From the NCBI RefSeq assembly GCF_009914755.1, contig NC_060929.1: a stretch of 64,000 nucleotides of DNA, one strand, 5' to 3'. Of this stretch, positions 41,834-55,799 are shown one piece after another. How positions within the stretch are numbered: position 1 is the first letter of the stretch; the number at the start of each line of letters is the position of its first letter. The stretch is from the human T2T-CHM13v2.0 reference genome, Homo sapiens. Position numbers and translations under genes: made by a program. Below the pieces are notes generated by a model, which saw only the letters and a program-made list of their open reading frames with translations, was not told where the DNA came from and did not search any database.

Positions 41834-42391
41834 TGAGCTAACATTGTGTTAGCTCTCCATGCAGACAATAACGGGAAAAATTAAGGCAATTACCTAGATG
41901 TCACTTTTTATTTTGCCAAAGTGTGCCCCTATTATCTGCATATTTGTGAAGAAACTTTCACAATTTATCTGTACATGTCAGATAATTGTGTGAATTCTTC
42001 ACAGGAAGTTAAAGTCTAAGTGAGCACAGTGTAAGTCAGTCTTGGGAAAGCAAGCTAGGTTCCTTCATTGTTTATTAGTATCTTTGTTTTATAAACTATT
42101 CCAATTCCTGTAACATAGCTCATGTAAAATACTATGGTGAAATGTAAAAGAATAACAACAACTTTGAAGACAGATAATTTAGAATTATTTCAACCCACAG
42201 ATAAATTGCAAATCCCAACACAGATGCAAACATGAATTTATATAATATGCTACCTGAATTCATTACATGTGACACTTCAGAAAGATCTGAAGAAAACCCT
42301 AGGTAAATGCTCTACTTGGGTTCTAGGTTTTAGAGTTGAATGGAATTTGCAAAGGACTAAAATGCATACTTTAGCAGTTGATAATATGAAC

Positions 42392-42681
42392 TTTTTTTTT
42401 TTTTGAGACGGAGTCTCTCTCTCGCCCAGGCTGGAGTGCAGTGGCGCTACCTAGGCTCACTGCAAGCTCCGCCTCCCGGGTTCACGCCATTCTCCTGCCT
42501 CAGCCTCCTGAGTAGCTGGAACTACAGGCACCCGCCACCACACCCAGCTAATTTTTTGTATTTTAGTAGAGACAGGGTTTCACTGTGTTAGCCAGGATGG
42601 TCTTGATCTCCTGACCTCGTGATCCACCCGCCTCGGCCTCCCAAAGTGCTGGGATTACAGGCGTGAGCCACCACGCCCGGC
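42392..42681 (-). mobile_element. AluY
   Basis: AluY diagnostics; TSD tgataatatgaactt. Confidence 0.93.
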
Positions 42682-43507
42682 TGATAATATGAACTTAAAA
42701 CTCTTAATGATTTAAAATTCTCCTAACTGCTTAGACCAAGAGCCTAATGACCACCCCCATCCTTCTCCATCTCCCAGGAGAAATGCCATATTTTAAGTAG
42801 GAAGGAAATATGTCCAAAGGCAGACCAACCTAGTAGTCTCCTGGCTTAACCCTTCATCAAGGGATGCTCAGGAATGAAGAAGAACTTTCTGTGGTAACCA
42901 ACAGAGGTCCCAAAGGGAGCCCCAAGGTGATTATGGTGAGAATTCACACCCCCATGGGTTCTAGAGCTTGAGTGACCCACAGTACCCACAAGGGTTCCTG
43001 GTGGCAAATAAGACTGACTCTGGCTGGTTCAAGCAGAAAAGGAATTCACAAAAGCATAGCCCACATTGCCTCCAGAACACAAATGGGTCATAAATGTTAC
43101 CCAAATCACACCACAGAACTTATCTACCAGAAAGACCAGTAGAAGTACCTGGTGCAGCCCCAGATGGCTGGGCAGCCTAGAGCCTTCACCACTGCTATTT
43201 TGGAAAGTGGATGTATCGACCACCGTCCTCGCCAGAATAGATCACTTTAAGCCTGCTTCTATCATCGCCAGCTTCTAATGCAAAGTCTGGTGAGAATGCA
43301 TGTGGTTGGTGGAGTGTGAGGTCTGGAGCCTACACCCCAGCTTCCAGGGAGCTCAGCTTCTACTTTGGAAAGGCACAGACTTATAAGTCGGAAAATTCTC
43401 CTTCATTAGAAAGTCCCTCGAGAGGTCTGAGAAACCAAAAAAAAAAAACACATTTTCCCTACATCCACAATTTACAATAATGAACATTTCACCAAGCAAA
43501 AAAACTT

Positions 43508-43635
43508 GGCCGGGCATGGTGGCTCACACCTGTAATCCCAGCATTTTGGGAGGCCAAGTTGGGAGCTATCATCATGCCACTACACTCCAGCCTGGGTGAT
43601 AGAGTGAGACCCTGTCACTAAAAAACAAACAACGA
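43508..43635 (+). mobile_element. Alu with large internal deletion (5' end fused to 3' end)
   Basis: ggccgggcatgg...gggaggccaagttggg joined directly to atcatgccactacactccagcctgggtga. Confidence 0.8.
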
Positions 43636-44216
43636 ACCAACCTAGCATCAGTGTATGTTCAGAGTAGCTAAGGCTTTGACTGTTTGAACTGTATTGTCAA
43701 CATGTGCTCTAAGAACTGAGATGCAAGGTACCCATCCCACTGCCTGGAGCAGTGTGTACCAGCCAGACAGGGTGCTCCCAAGGTTATCATCCTGAAGTGC
43801 AGAGGGCTCCACACTCATCCAGCCTTGCTGGGGAGTGGGGACATATAGAGTGGGTAGAGAGGAGAGATTACCATGCTTATTTCAGCTGACATTATCAAGG
43901 CCAAGGCAATCATGTGATAATGTGTGAATGAATCAGAAGGGGTAGCCCAGATATTTCTGTACTCATATCAACATTCACACTTCAATCCCAGCCAGCTGCC
44001 ATGTTCCTTTTCTGAGTTTTCACTAGCCACTTTCCAAGGGAGACTCATCACCTTTATTTTATTAATCTGCTAAGAAGAGAAGCCCCCCTCAGAATTATAC
44101 TTAGTACCTGGGATTGCTTCCTTGACAGTATATCCCTGCCAAACTTCTGAAAGGAAAGGTCTCTGCTGCCATTTTTCTTCTTCTGTAAATAATGATCTCT
44201 TTAATAGAAACTAAAT

Positions 44217-44430
44217 CACTCATTCATTCATCGGGCATTTTTACTGAGCATTTATTAAGTGCCAGGCACAGAGGTAAGCCCTGGAGGTCCAGGGATAGAT
44301 AAGAGAAACATGCTGTCTGCCTCATGGAGCTTCCAGAGTGGTAGAGAAGCTGGACATTAAACAAGTGAAGACACAAATCCATACTTAAAGACACATTTTG
44401 CTAAGAGCAATGAGAAGCTGCTATGAGAAG
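44217..44430 (-). mobile_element. L2 3' end
   Basis: cattcattca...tttactgagcatttattaagtgccaggcac...ctgcctcatggagctt. Confidence 0.7.
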
Positions 44431-44638
44431 CTGGAATTCTAATAAATTAGATTTCAAACCAGAATGCTTATGTCACTTTTTTTTCTTCTCTCTCTCAAAG
44501 ATATTTATATTTTATACTGTATATTTTATAAACGTACAGATTTTCCGTCCGCTCGCTCCCAGGCTGTTCAGTTGGGGTCAATCCTTGCAAGCTCTGAGTG
44601 CGCTCATTGATTTCCAGGATACCACATGTGAAGAGAGC

Positions 44639-45400
44639 CCTTCATGAAGTGGGAGTTGGAGTTCCTGTGTGCACGCTGCCTTCACAAAGTGGGAGCTGGA
44701 GCTCCTGCGTGCATGGGGCCTTCGCAAAGTAGGAGCTGGAGTACTGCATGCATGCTCCCTTCACAAAGTGGGAGCTGGAATTCCTCCATGCGTGCGCCTT
44801 TGCAGAGTGGGAGCTGGGGTTCCTGCATGCACGCTGCCTTCACAGAGTGGGAGCTGGAATTCCTGCGTGCATGCTGCCTTCGCAGAGTGGGAGCTGGAGC
44901 TACTGTGTGCGTGCTGCCTTCACAAAGTGGGAGCTGGGGTTCCTGTGTACACGCTGCCTTCACGAAGTGGGAGCTGGGGTTCCTGTGTGCACGCTGCCTT
45001 CACAAAGTGGGAGCTGGGGTTCCTGTGTGCACGCTGCCTTCACAAAGTGGGAGCTGGGGTTCCTGTGTGCACGCTGCCTTCACAAAGTGGGAGCTGGGGT
45101 TCCTGTGTGCACGCTGCCTTCACGAAGTGGGAGCTGGGGTTCCTGTGTGCACGCTGCCTTCACGAAGTGGGAGCTGGGGTTCCTGTGTGCACGCTGCCTT
45201 CAGGAAGTGGGAGCTGGGGTTCCTGTGTGCACGCTGCCTTCACAAAGTGGGAGCTGGGGTTCCTGTGTACACATTGCCTTCACAAAGTGGGAGCTGGGGT
45301 TCCTGTGTGCACGCTGCCTTCACGAAGTGGGAGCTGGGGTTCCTGCATGCACACTGCCTTCACAAAGTGGGAGCTGGAGCTACTGTGTGCACGCTGCCTT
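44639..45400. repeat. 40-bp minisatellite (VNTR), about 19 copies
   Basis: Unit ccttcacaaagtgggagctggggttcctgtgtgcacgctg; near-perfect from 44917 to 45340, diverged at the left end. Confidence 0.97.
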
Positions 45401-46839
45401 GGGCTGACATGCACCTGCCTGATCTAATCTCACACAGTAACAGAGAAAGCAAGAGTCTGACCAGTCCTTTTATCTCCTTGGGAAAACACCTCTATCCCAC
45501 CCCAAGAAGGAAGAGATAAACTCCCACCTACTTCACTTCTCTGGCTTGGCATGAACCATCCAAATGCTAGGACTGACCAGAATTTCCAGGCCAGCTTTTA
45601 CAAAGAAAGAACGCTGCCTCTTCCTAGAGGTGGCCTTGAAAGCAGGAAGCCCACACTGATTCATTCCCAGAGAGAAGCTCTCACAAAAATGCTCTGAAGC
45701 TGGACGGTGTTGATAAAAACCCAAACTTTACGTCTGTGAATATGAGGAATCTGATCAGTCACAGCAGCAAGGAGAGTGACAGGACCATTAGTCAGCAAAA
45801 GCAGATCACCTCACCAAGCAGGAATCGCCAGCCTGGTTCACCCCTGGACCCTGACATGCCAACACGTCAACACACTCTAACTCCTCGCCCAAGGAGCCAC
45901 CAAGAGACACCAGGACACAGGACAAACATGCCTCTCCCATTTCATTTTCTCAACATGCTGACATTTATTCCCTCATCCCATCCAACAGGAAATACTAACT
46001 CCACAGATGTGTCAGATTGTTTCAAATGGAAAAATCACAAATTATCATGGAGTGGGAACATTTTTTGCCAAAAGACTGAAAATCAGTGCAAGGTGTCAAT
46101 GGCGCCAAAGTCAACGGATGCCTGAGATCTCAGACTCTTGTCTTGCAGGAGCATTCTGGCAGATTAAAAGGATGTTTTTCCAACATGAATTTGCTTGGGA
46201 GCTGCCAGAGATGAGTTCTCTGAGTGGGGAAGACATACTCCAAGGCCAAGGGTGGCCCTTCACCATGCCTCATGTCAACATAGTCCCAGGATGTCAAGAG
46301 CTCCCATCGTCAGAGAGTTCACACAAAAGGTCCAGTGTCAGCTGACTTCCCTTCTCTACTCTTCCCCTGACCAGTCCATGCCAATCCCACCCTGCCTGCC
46401 TCCTCCCTGACCAAGACGAGGGTCTGTGTACATCAGCTATGCGATCAAAGAGCTGCTCTGTTCTTGGAACCCTGACCAAGGGCCAGGCCCTGCACCAAGC
46501 ACATAATAGGTTTCTGTATGTTTAATCCACACTGCGACCTCCCAATTAAATTGAATTTTTCATGTATTAAAAGTGGAGAAATGAGGCTTTGAGGGTAACT
46601 TGCCCCAGGCCAGGTACCTGTTTAGAAAGACAACTGGGTTGAAACCGCAGGCGTGAGGCTCAGAGCCGACCCTGAGAACAACTCCTCTCCACTGCCTGGA
46701 AATTCCGCGGAGGCTCAGCACAGCTACCAGCTGCAAACATCTGCAGCAGCTAAAAGCCAGGGCACTGGGAGTGTGTGTATGGTGTGTGGATTTGGCCACA
46801 ATTCCAACAAAGGTGTTAAGTTCTTTAAAGGAAAGGATG

Positions 46840-47051
46840 CCAGTCTGGCCAACATGGCGAAACCTTGTCTCTACTAAAAATACAAAAATTAGCTGGGTGT
46901 GATGGTGCGCCCCTGTAATCCCAGCTACTTGGGAGACTGAGGCACAAGAATCGCTTGAAGCCAGGAGGCAGAAGTTGCAGTAAGCCTAGTTCGTACCACT
47001 GCACTCCAGCCTGGGGACAGAGCAAGACTCTGTCCCCACCCAAAACAAAGC
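46840..47051 (+). mobile_element. 5'-truncated AluS
   Basis: Starts mid left arm (ccagtctggccaacatgg); TSD aaaggatg on both sides. Confidence 0.88.
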
Positions 47052-47105
47052 AAAGGATGAAGTGAGGTATGGATGTTGGGGTGGCAGGAGAAAGAGGGTC
47101 AGCAC

Positions 47106-47135
47106 CATGCAGCATGCAGCATGCAGCATGCAGCA
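47106..47135. repeat. (CATGCAG)4 heptamer repeat
   Basis: Read directly. Confidence 0.85.
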
Positions 47136-47927
47136 CAGCACCATTCTCAGACGCAGTGCTCTTCACCCACAGGCGAACAGTGGCATCCCTGCCTGGGACC
47201 AGTCTCACCCTGCATGCAGGGTCCATGGCTTTGGGAGTGAATATCAGGCAAAGAAAGCCCACTTGATACAGGAATTCTCAGCTCTCCAGTATAGTCACAG
47301 AATCACAGTTTTAGAGGCGGAAGGAACTTAGGATCAGCTTAGCTCAGTCCCTTCATTTTACTGTGGCCTGCAGAAGAGAAATGATGTCTGCAAGGTCAAA
47401 CACTGAAGTCAAGCAGGGTTCCCAACCAGACCAAGACTTCCAGAGCTGCAGTGCAGCCCTCAGTCTTGGAAGAGACTCCGAAATCTGACTCCCCACCGGA
47501 CCCCACCTGCCACAGCTAAATCTGGGAGCAGATGGCGCCTGGCTCCGACTCTGAAGACCAAGCCGGTCGACATCAGGGGGAAAAATGAAGAGCTGGCTTT
47601 GGACAAAAGGCGCCCGTGATGTGACTGCTCTAGGCAGCTGCAGGATTAGTCCTTGCTCCTGGCTCCCCTTGGAGTCTTGTTTTTAGTGTGGAAGTAGCTT
47701 CAAATTGGGGGCTCTTTGACTTCTCAAACAAAATGAAGATAACAGATAATAATGATGATCGCTAAAGTGAACGGAATGCAGCCCACGTGTCAGAGACTGC
47801 ATTAAATGCTACACATTCATGATCTCATTTAATCCTCCCCAAAGCTCTGCACGATACTTCTATTACTACACCCATTTTAAAGATGAGCGCAGGAAGGCAC
47901 AGAGATCCGAACTCAAGTCTGCCTTAA

Positions 47928-48316
<389 letters not shown>

Positions 48317-50441
48317 AAACACATTCTTATTCAAAATAAAACTGAGGCTAGGCTGTCGGAATCTGTTAGACTCACTCTGCATTCCAAGATTTTTCAGGTG
48401 ACTGAAGTCATCTCTCCAGACATAAAGCCCAGACATCAGTATAAGGCACCTCTAAGAGCTCTGCCTTGAGACCATTTCCCTGTGAAGGGCCAGAGTGTTC
48501 CATTTCCAAATGGGGAGGTACATCCATAAAGGGGGCCACCCGAGGGAGGAAGAAGGGCCTGCCTTTATGGCCTGTTCAGATGAGCCTGGAGGAAATAAAC
48601 AAGTTATTTTGCTTCTCCACTCATGTGCTCTGACCCGAAGCCAGCAGGGAAAGTCCTTAGAATTCAGTGACTAATCAGATGATGGGCCATGAAACACACC
48701 CCTGAATGTCATCAGAGTCCAGGCATTTGCACCGGGAATCCAGAAATAAGCTGTCACCAGAGGGACGTGTGCCCTCTGGAAATAATTTCCAGAACATGTT
48801 TCATAATCCCGGGCCCGGTCGGTCGGAGCGAGCCAGGAGACAAGGAAAGGTCAAAATACAGCCGCTGATCCCAACTTGCCCAGCCTCATCTCCTCCTGCT
48901 CGGCACTCTCCTCCCGCCCAGCTCCCTGCACAAGCTGTCCCATGCTTGCTCCTGCAACTGAGCCTCCCAGTCCTTTCCAATCAACCACCAGGAAAGCCAA
49001 CTGTCCCGGTACCGGGGCCCTGATGTGACTTCACTATTGCTAAGGGCAGAACTCACACCTCTGTCAGGAGACGCTGTCATCACTTCCTCGACTTGCCTTG
49101 AACGTGTTTTGAGAAACTGTCAAAAATTAATGAGTAGTTTATTCACCAGATGTTTAGATGTCAAATAATGCTGGGACTTAATTCTGCACTTATCAAATAT
49201 AACTGAATTGAATGACATGTTTTAAAATAACTTTTCTTTTTAAATATTGCCTTGGTGTAGAAAATGGAAATGACATTTTTAAGTGAACAGATAAGAATTC
49301 CTCCTGAAGGATGCGCATGTTAAAATAATCCTCTAAAATATAAAGCTTACTATGATTTTATTTATATTCTTGAGTGCTTTCTGGTTAGGACAAAGGGTTT
49401 GGCTACTGATAGGAATACAGACACTCAGTGAGTAGATTTATCAAAAGCAGTACTTTTGGAACCCTTTTTGATGGAGATCTAGGAATCCAAAGTGAATTTC
49501 TTAATCCAAGCCTGGATCCCCCCGCTAAAAACTACCAATAAAACAGGCTTTTATACAGCAGTTTGTATTTCCTATGGCAATGATCTCTATCCTATTGATG
49601 CAGTTGAAGGACTTGTAAATTGCCTAACAGCAAATAAATTATCCTTATTAGCCTTGTTTATTGAGCAGAATCATTGATCAAGTCAATAACTGATAAAGCA
49701 ATGAGTGGGCTAATGTCACACAGGAATACCCACCTTCGGCAAATACAGGGCAGGGCTAAGTAACGGATTCCTTTCCACCATGAATTCAGTTATTACAGAA
49801 AGGATCTTAAAAACTGAGAATCTCAAACTCTCTGATTCTGGAAATTCACACACATACCAGTGAATGATTCACTTCACCACTGTAAGAAAATCAAATCTGG
49901 GAAAGATGCAGACTTGGTAATGAGTAATTGGGAATGAACAGATGATTATATAAAAGGGACAGGAAGGAGCAAGAGAACACTGTGTCTATTCCATCCTAAC
50001 ACGGGTGCTGGGCACTCCACATGCATTAGCTCACCCATCCCCAGAAGAACCAAACAGGAAACAACAGGTCTTCCTCACACCAGCCACAGGCCTCCCAAGG
50101 ACCTGAGCACTGAAGGCAACAAGAAGAGGAGATGCGAGACATGTCATGAAGACATGTTCAGTGGCTGGCTAATTTCTCCCATGCATCTTTTCCACTATGT
50201 CTATGTTAACCATGGGGACCGGGGAGTAGAATTGTTGTCTAATGGGTTATTCAGGCCAAGTAGACGGGGAAAAGCATGGATTCAGTCAACTGACAGGTAA
50301 ACAAGTACTTATTACGCACCAGCACCATCACTATGCTTGAGATTCCAGAAGGAATCCCACCTTGGTCGCTGCACTGCCCCAGACCTTACTCATTTCAGAA
50401 GATACAACAAATAATCACACTTTCTGTCATATTTAATTTGT

Positions 50442-50686
50442 ACTATGGTCTGAATGTTTGTGTCCCTCCAAAATTCATATGTTAGAACTGAATATCCAGT
50501 GTGATAGGACCAAAAGACAGGGTCTTTGGGGAAATGATTCAATCATGAGGGCAGAACTCACAACTGACTGTCAGTGCCTTGATCTTGGATTTCCCAGCCT
50601 CCAGAACAGTGAGCAATAAATTTCCATTGTTTGTAAATTACCCAGTCTAAGGTATTTTGTTACTGCAGCCCAAATGGACCAAGACA
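50442..50686 (+). mobile_element. MLT1A-like LTR, internally deleted
   Basis: tactatggtctgaatgtttgtgtccctccaaaattcatatgtt...cagcctccagaacagtgagcaataaa...aatggaccaagaca. Confidence 0.8.
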
Positions 50687-50748
50687 ATTCACTAAAACGA
50701 ACTGCCTCGATTTCACATTTGACTTTGCTCTTAGAAATACAGATAGAA

Positions 50749-51152
<404 letters not shown>

Positions 51153-51765
51153 TCAGATAGAAAGAAATAACATCCAGGTTTAAAAATAAAAACTAATCTC
51201 TACATCTATGGTTGAAACAACTAAACAAGAGGTTTTAGTCTTGTTTCCTAAGAGAAATTACACAGGAGGCAATAATGTGATTATTTTATTAATAGCTGTG
51301 TTCAGGGGCCACTATGTTCTAAGGCTGAGGGCAGAAAGGCATGGAGTCTGAAAAATAACCTTATTTTGGTAGATGTGATAAAGAATAAACTGTCTACATT
51401 TAAAGCAGGAAAGTTGGTGAGTTTTGAAAGATGTTTACACTCTTAAAATCACCACAACTAAGATGCAGAACATTTCCAACAGCCACTGTAAATACACCCA
51501 CTCACCCTCCTCATCTCAGGCCCCTCTGCGGCCACAGGCCACCACTGCTCTCTCTGTCACCACGGATTCGTAAAGGCAGGAGCTTTAATGGTAGAGTTTT
51601 CTAAGGAAAAACAAACAAAAACAATACCTCACCTGACTTCTGCCTGAAGGCTTCTCAGCTGAGGGGAGGTTACAGCATGTATGTGTGTCATTTGCTCATC
51701 GGTATACAACAGTAGCAGGTGACAGGGCTTTTGAAAAACGGAAGACAGTCATAGACTGTCAATAG

Positions 51766-51833
51766 ACGATAGTCAATAGAACCTGTTTTCCTCCAACCAA
51801 CGATAGTCAATAGAACCTGTTTTCCTCCAACCA
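51766..51833. repeat. Perfect 34-bp tandem duplication
   Basis: acgatagtcaatagaacctgttttcctccaacca x2. Confidence 0.95.
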
Positions 51834-52725
51834 ACCACCTACTGCAGTCTCTGTTTTTATGACATACAAACAACGCAGCCCAGAGCCATTCCCTAAGTAA
51901 ACACAGCTCATAATCCAGGTCTACACTTGTCCATCTGTGTACTAGGAATCTATAAGGCATCTTCAAAGAAAAATTAAATAAATAAATGTAATACATTACT
52001 CTCAAAAGTCAAAGGGGATGTCTCAGCAATGTGAAAGGATGTCAGAACTAGCTCTGGAATTAGCTGCAGACAGTTCCATGAAACTCCTACTGACTTCTTA
52101 ACAGAACAGCCACTACCTCTACGGTGCTTTCATTCATGTATTAGTGCTCATCGCTGGATCTGCTTTATTGATGTATAACTGACCTACAATAAACTGCGCA
52201 TAAGTTTTAACGTTTGATAACTTTTGACAGAGCTATACAGCCATGAATCCAGCACCAAAATCAACATAATCAATACCACCATCACCTCCCATAGTTTTCT
52301 GGTACCCCTTTTAATGCTTCCCTGCACCATTCCTTCCCTTCCAAGACAAGAACGGGTCTGCTTTGTCACTGTAGATTAGTTTGCACTTTTAGAATTTCAT
52401 ACAAATGGAATCATACAGGATGTACTCTTTTTTATCTGGCTTCTTTTATCCAGCATAATTACCTTGAGATTCTTTCATGTTATTTGATTTGTATCAATAA
52501 TTCACTCACTTTTATTGTTGAGCAGTATTCCACCATATGGATATACCACAATTTATTTATGCACTCACCTCTGCTGACAGATAGTTTCGGCTATTACAAA
52601 TAAAGCTGCCGTGAACATTTACATGCGGACCTGTTTTCATTTCTCTTAGCTAAATATCTAAGAGAGGAAGTTGTTGAATCACATGGTAGTTGTATATTTA
52701 TCTTTTTAAAAAAACTGCTAAACTG

Positions 52726-53063
<338 letters not shown>

Positions 53064-53265
53064 TCATTCTCACCAGCAATATATAAGAAGAGTTCCAATC
53101 ACTCCACATCCTCACTAACACTTGGTATGGTCAGTCTTTTTTCCATTTCATCCATTCAAATCGGCATAGTGGTATCTCATTGTGGTTATAATTCGCCACT
53201 TTACTGACTAATGATGTTGAGCATCTTTTTATGTGTTTATTTTCTTTGTTGAAGTGTCTGTTTAA

Positions 53266-53607
<342 letters not shown>

Positions 53608-54907
53608 TATTGCCAAGTTTTAATAGTTCTTTATACATTCTGGAAAAAATGTATTTTATCAGATATATGATTCACAAATATTTTCTCCCAATCTATGCCT
53701 TGACTTTTCATTCCCTTAGCTATGTCAGTTAAACATCAAAGGTTTGTCATCTTGATCAAGTCCAATCTATCAAATTTTTCTTTTGTGGATCATCCCAATA
53801 ATATTGTATCTAAGAAATCTTTCCCTAACCTGGGGTTATGAAGACTTTCAGCTGTGTTTTCTTCTAGGAGTTTATGGATTTAGGTTTACATTTAGGCCCA
53901 TGTTCCCTTTTGAGTTAATTTCTGTTTGTGGTACAAGGGATGGATCAAAGTTCATATTTTTGCATACGGGTATTAAATTTTCCTAGAACTATTAGTTGGA
54001 AAGGTGATCCATCCTTTTACCAATGAGCTGCCTTTGAACCTTCGTTGGAAATTAGTTGTCATGCATGCGTGTGTCTATTTCTGGACTCTCTGCTTTGTTC
54101 CACTGATCTATTTACTGCACTGTCTTGATGACCACAGCTTTATAATAAGCCTACTCACTGTGTTTTAGCCAATAAGCAAAATGAGGCCTAGAATGCTGAA
54201 CTGCTTTGTTCAGACTCCAAAGTTTCTTCCACTGGGGCCACATTATCTCCTAAGGTTTTACTCTTTTACAAATAGGAACAAAATGTATGCCAAGAAAACA
54301 ATTAGCTTATGTGACAACATATGAAAATACATTTTACTAAAAATACAGCCTTATTTTGAGAGGAAAGCAGGCTTCAAATCAATTAAAAATAAGCTTTGAA
54401 TAACAGCAAAGCAACACATTTCAATTGCAAAAGCACAGCTCACCTCTCCAGTATGTGGAGAGTCCTGTGAATCAGGGCTACTTCCAGCTCGGGTTCCCCT
54501 ACAAGCTCTTCCAGCTCCAATCCTCAAATTCTGCTTGCTTCCTCATTCTTGCAATGTGATGAAAACATTTTAAAATTCTTGTTTGAAATTCCTAACCATA
54601 CCTTTATTTTCCTAAATACTGTTTAAGAAGCTATGAGCTGGGGAAAGATATGCACTGTTTGATATGGGATATGGTAGAATGCTGAGGTGAAGCCCATTGG
54701 TGTTAGAGGGGGAGAGAGGCAGGAGTGAAACCCATCAGTCTGGCCAAGTCCCTTAAGGAAGCTTTGGTGTCCTTGTCTTTGAAAGGGGGCTGCTAATTCC
54801 TGCCTCATGGAATTGTCTTGAGGATAAATTAGGTAATACGCAGAAAGCATTCAGCACAGTGCCTGGCAAATACTAAGCACTAAGAGAGGACAGTTAATTC
54901 ACAGTTT

Positions 54908-54928
54908 AGCAGCAGCAGCAGCAGCAGC
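54908..54928. repeat. (AGC)7 trinucleotide repeat after a MIR 3' end
   Basis: Read directly; MIR motif cagcacagtgcctggca..taagcact at about 54850-54880. Confidence 0.85.
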
Positions 54929-55506
54929 ATCCACTATCCTCCCCTTCCCTGGGTGCCCCTCACTTGACTCCAAGCTCCCTGTCAGCTTCCTTTGATTCCT
55001 AGGAGGCTTTAAGTTGCTTCTGTTCCTGGGAACGTCTTGGTTCCTGTTCCTAGCATTTCTTTCTCTCAGCTTCCATAAGATGCCCCAAGTCCAAATAATA
55101 ATTCCTCCTTTGTTGATGCTAGACCGAGGGCATTTCTGTCTGTTGTCAGCACAGAAGCTTCCTCAGAAAGAAGGGTAAATTAGCTCTTCAGAGCCACCGT
55201 TCCATGTGTCCAGGATGCTTCTCCTCCAGGGCACTGAGCACAGTCACTCTAGGTAGCTAGGGAAGGAGAAGGCATGCTGGATGGGAGGCAGTGCTGGGTT
55301 ACAAGAGGCAGCATGCCGTGCAGATGTGAGCTAAACCCTTTCCCTTTCCATGAGAGAATCCCGATTTTATGCCTGCACCAGTCATATAAAGCAAAGAGGT
55401 GAGATACAATGATTGAAATCCCAAGAAAGAAACAAACATGAAAAAGAAAACAATTTCCTTTGGTCTATCTGTTTTTCCACTGCACAAATCTTGAAATTTT
55501 ATATCT

Positions 55507-55799
55507 TTTTTTTTTCTTACACAGGGTCTGTCTCTGTTGCCTAGGCTGGAGTACACTGACATAAACACAGCTCACTGCAGCCTCAAATTCCTGGGCTTGA
55601 GTGATCCTCCCACCCCAGCCTCCCAAGCAGCTGGAACCACAGGCGGTGTACCACCATGCCCAGCTAATTTTTCGTTTTTTGTAGCAACTTGGCCTTGCTA
55701 TGTTGCCCAGGCTGGTCTGGGACTCCTGGCCTCAAGCCATCCTCCTGCCTTGGCCTCCCAAAGTGCTGGGATTACAGGCACGAGCCAATGCACTGGGCC
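55507..55799 (-). mobile_element. AluJ
   Basis: Reverse dimer with AluJ features; TSD aaattttatat. Confidence 0.88.

Noticed and set aside
44644-45519. 291-aa, 252-aa and 219-aa Cys-rich repetitive ORFs
   Set aside because: Artefact of a 40-bp unit with no stop in any + frame; all three frames give the same cyclic 40-aa peptide; antisense to the host gene
54908-54928. CAG/CTG repeat as an expansion-disease candidate
   Set aside because: Only 7 units, intronic; common background
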